This document shows positions 14,736 through 16,032 of a DNA stretch of 16,032 nucleotides, piece after piece. The DNA is taken from positions 1-16,032 of the forward strand of contig DAHVNA010000023.1 in assembly GCA_027319565.1 (NCBI GenBank), read 5' to 3'. The position numbers and the translations under genes are program-made. The DNA is from Elusimicrobiota bacterium (GTDB lineage: Bacteria > Elusimicrobiota > Elusimicrobia > UBA1565 > UBA9628). Within the stretch, counting starts at the first letter, position 1. Each line of letters begins with the position of its first letter. The notes beneath the pieces are model-generated. The model worked only from the letters and a program-made list of their open reading frames with translations, was not told where the DNA came from and searched no databases.

Positions 14736-15734
14736 ATGAGAAAATTTCTTTGGTCCGCGGCCGCTCTAAGTTTTATCTTGGCATGCCACGCGACGAAAAC
14801 TCCTAATTATGCCGCGATTAAAGCCGATGCGGCCAAGGCCGAGGCGGAATTGCCGTCCGGCTCATCTAATAATATCAAGGGTTCTTCTCAAACCGATTCT
14901 TCTTCCGGAAACGGAAGTTCTAACGTAGTTGATGATTCTCTCAACGCAAAAATTACCGGCCGCAGCAAGCGGATGAAATGCACCTGGGTTGAGTCCCAAG
15001 GGGTGGCCGATGTCACTAACTCGATGAGCCCGGAACAGGCAAAGGCGATGGCGATATCGGAAGCTCGCCGCATGGCTCTTGAAAAGGTTTTGGGGGTGCG
15101 CGTTCGCGCCCGCGATTTAGTCTTTCAGCAGTCCGGCTTGGAAGGCAATGACAGCATGATTCAGAGCCTGGTCCAGACCATGAGACAAGGAAGAATTATT
15201 GACGAAAAGGTGGGCAAAAACGGTTATGTTGCATCTTCCCAATGTCCCTATTGCCGCTATCAAGCCGAAGTTTCCGACTGCGTCAAGCCCTTTCCGCGAA
15301 AATCCGATCAGAATTTTTGGGTTCGCATTAATCTTTCCAAACAGCATCTGGTGAGCGGAGAATCAGAACAGGTGAATGTTTCGGCCTCCACGCGCTGTTA
15401 CGTCTATCTCTACGACCAGGCGATGGACGGCTCTCTTTCCCTGATTGTCCCCAATGACTATGTTTCTCATCTCAAGGTAGGGCCCAATAGCCCGCTCATT
15501 TATCCCGATCCCAATAAAGCGGAAGAAGAAGGCTTGGCCTTGGTCGCCGAAATTCCTTCAGGGCAAAAAATGTCGGCTGAGACCATTTCGGTCATCGCCT
15601 CAAAAGAACCTTTGCCCAAGTCTTTTTACGAAGTTCGCAAGGACGACGACTATTTTTCCCTTCTTAAACGCTTAAACGCTTCCCGCTATGACTGGACTGA
15701 TGACGCCGAACCCTATTTTATTTACGCCCACTGA
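14736..15734 (+). CDS. Lipoprotein with FlgT_N/LPP20-like domain and DUF4384-like C-terminal domain
   Basis: Lipobox ILA|C; Ser-rich linker; WVESQGVA...EQAKAMAISEARRMALEKVLGVRV (FlgT_N/LPP20-like); GE-x-x-x-VNVSASTRCYVYLY...DGSLSLIVPN (DUF4384-like). Confidence 0.75.
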   Translation: MRKFLWSAAALSFILACHATKTPNYAAIKADAAKAEAELPSGSSNNIKGSSQTDSSSGNGSSNVVDDSLNAKITGRSKRMKCTWVESQGVADVTNSMSPEQAKAMAISEARRMALEKVLGVRVRARDLVFQQSGLEGNDSMIQSLVQTMRQGRIIDEKVGKNGYVASSQCPYCRYQAEVSDCVKPFPRKSDQNFWVRINLSKQHLVSGESEQVNVSASTRCYVYLYDQAMDGSLSLIVPNDYVSHLKVGPNSPLIYPDPNKAEEEGLALVAEIPSGQKMSAETISVIASKEPLPKSFYEVRKDDDYFSLLKRLNASRYDWTDDAEPYFIYAH

Positions 15735-16032
15735 GAAGCCCGCTTCGCTGCGTGTTTATACCGATGGCGCCTGTTCCGGCAATCCCGGTCCCGGAGGCTG
15801 GGCCGCCGTTATTGCCGAAAAAGATTCGATTCGATGGGAAATAGGCGGTTTTGAAGCGCACACGACTAATAACCGGATGGAGATCTTGGCGGCTATAGAG
15901 GCTTTAAAATTTCTTCAAGATTGGCCTGTCGCTTCAATTGAGATATTGACGGACTCGAAATATCTTTTGGGGGGAGCCGAGTCTTGGATGAAGAACTGGA
16001 AGCGAAAGGGCTGGAAGACCGCTCAAGGCTCT
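15700..16032 (+). CDS. rnhA: Ribonuclease HI, 3'-truncated by the window edge
   Basis: VYTDGACSGNPGPGGWAA, TTNNRMEI-x-AAIEAL, TDSKY, W-x-x-NWKRKGWKT. Start is ATG 15700 or 15688, overlapping the upstream gene. Confidence 0.93.
   Translation, partial: MTPNPILFTPTEKPASLRVYTDGACSGNPGPGGWAAVIAEKDSIRWEIGGFEAHTTNNRMEILAAIEALKFLQDWPVASIEILTDSKYLLGGAESWMKNWKRKGWKTAQGS

Noticed and set aside
503..15347. Numerous antisense and alternate-frame ORFs in the track (e.g. 4749-5318, 6609-7136, 9072-9536)
   Set aside because: They are shadows of well-supported genes and show no recognisable motifs.
1..16032. CRISPR arrays, IS elements, integrases, rRNA/tRNA
   Set aside because: No regularly spaced repeats, transposase/integrase motifs or structural RNA gene signatures were seen.

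Overview
Gene-dense bacterial window; the gene content (PorV/UPF0164-type barrel, membrane-anchored CBM48 protein, Gly/Ala-rich membrane proteins) is reminiscent of Elusimicrobiota, but that is inference only. Left: a partial ORF, rhodanese, mutM/fpg with an atypical CHCC zinc finger, and a convergent CBM48 protein. Centre and right: a co-directional block that looks like a repurposed, possibly non-flagellar ion-driven motor system. It comprises two Gly/Ala-rich membrane proteins; a sigma70 promoter and a c-di-GMP-I-like riboswitch with a four-way-junction insertion in P2; a PorV-like beta-barrel+TPR protein; a natural FliF(RBM3)-TM-FliG(M+C)-TPR fusion; an 894-aa Pro-rich/coiled-coil protein; flbD-motA-motB; a caspase-like (C14) lipoprotein; an unannotated 52-aa lipoprotein; a FlgT_N-like/DUF4384-like lipoprotein; and a partial rnhA. 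No fliM/fliN/fliL, export, rod, hook or filament genes are in the window. The rotor-stator charge pairs and ion-channel residues deviate from the flagellar consensus in a coordinated way. All family assignments come from motif recognition by eye, not database searches.
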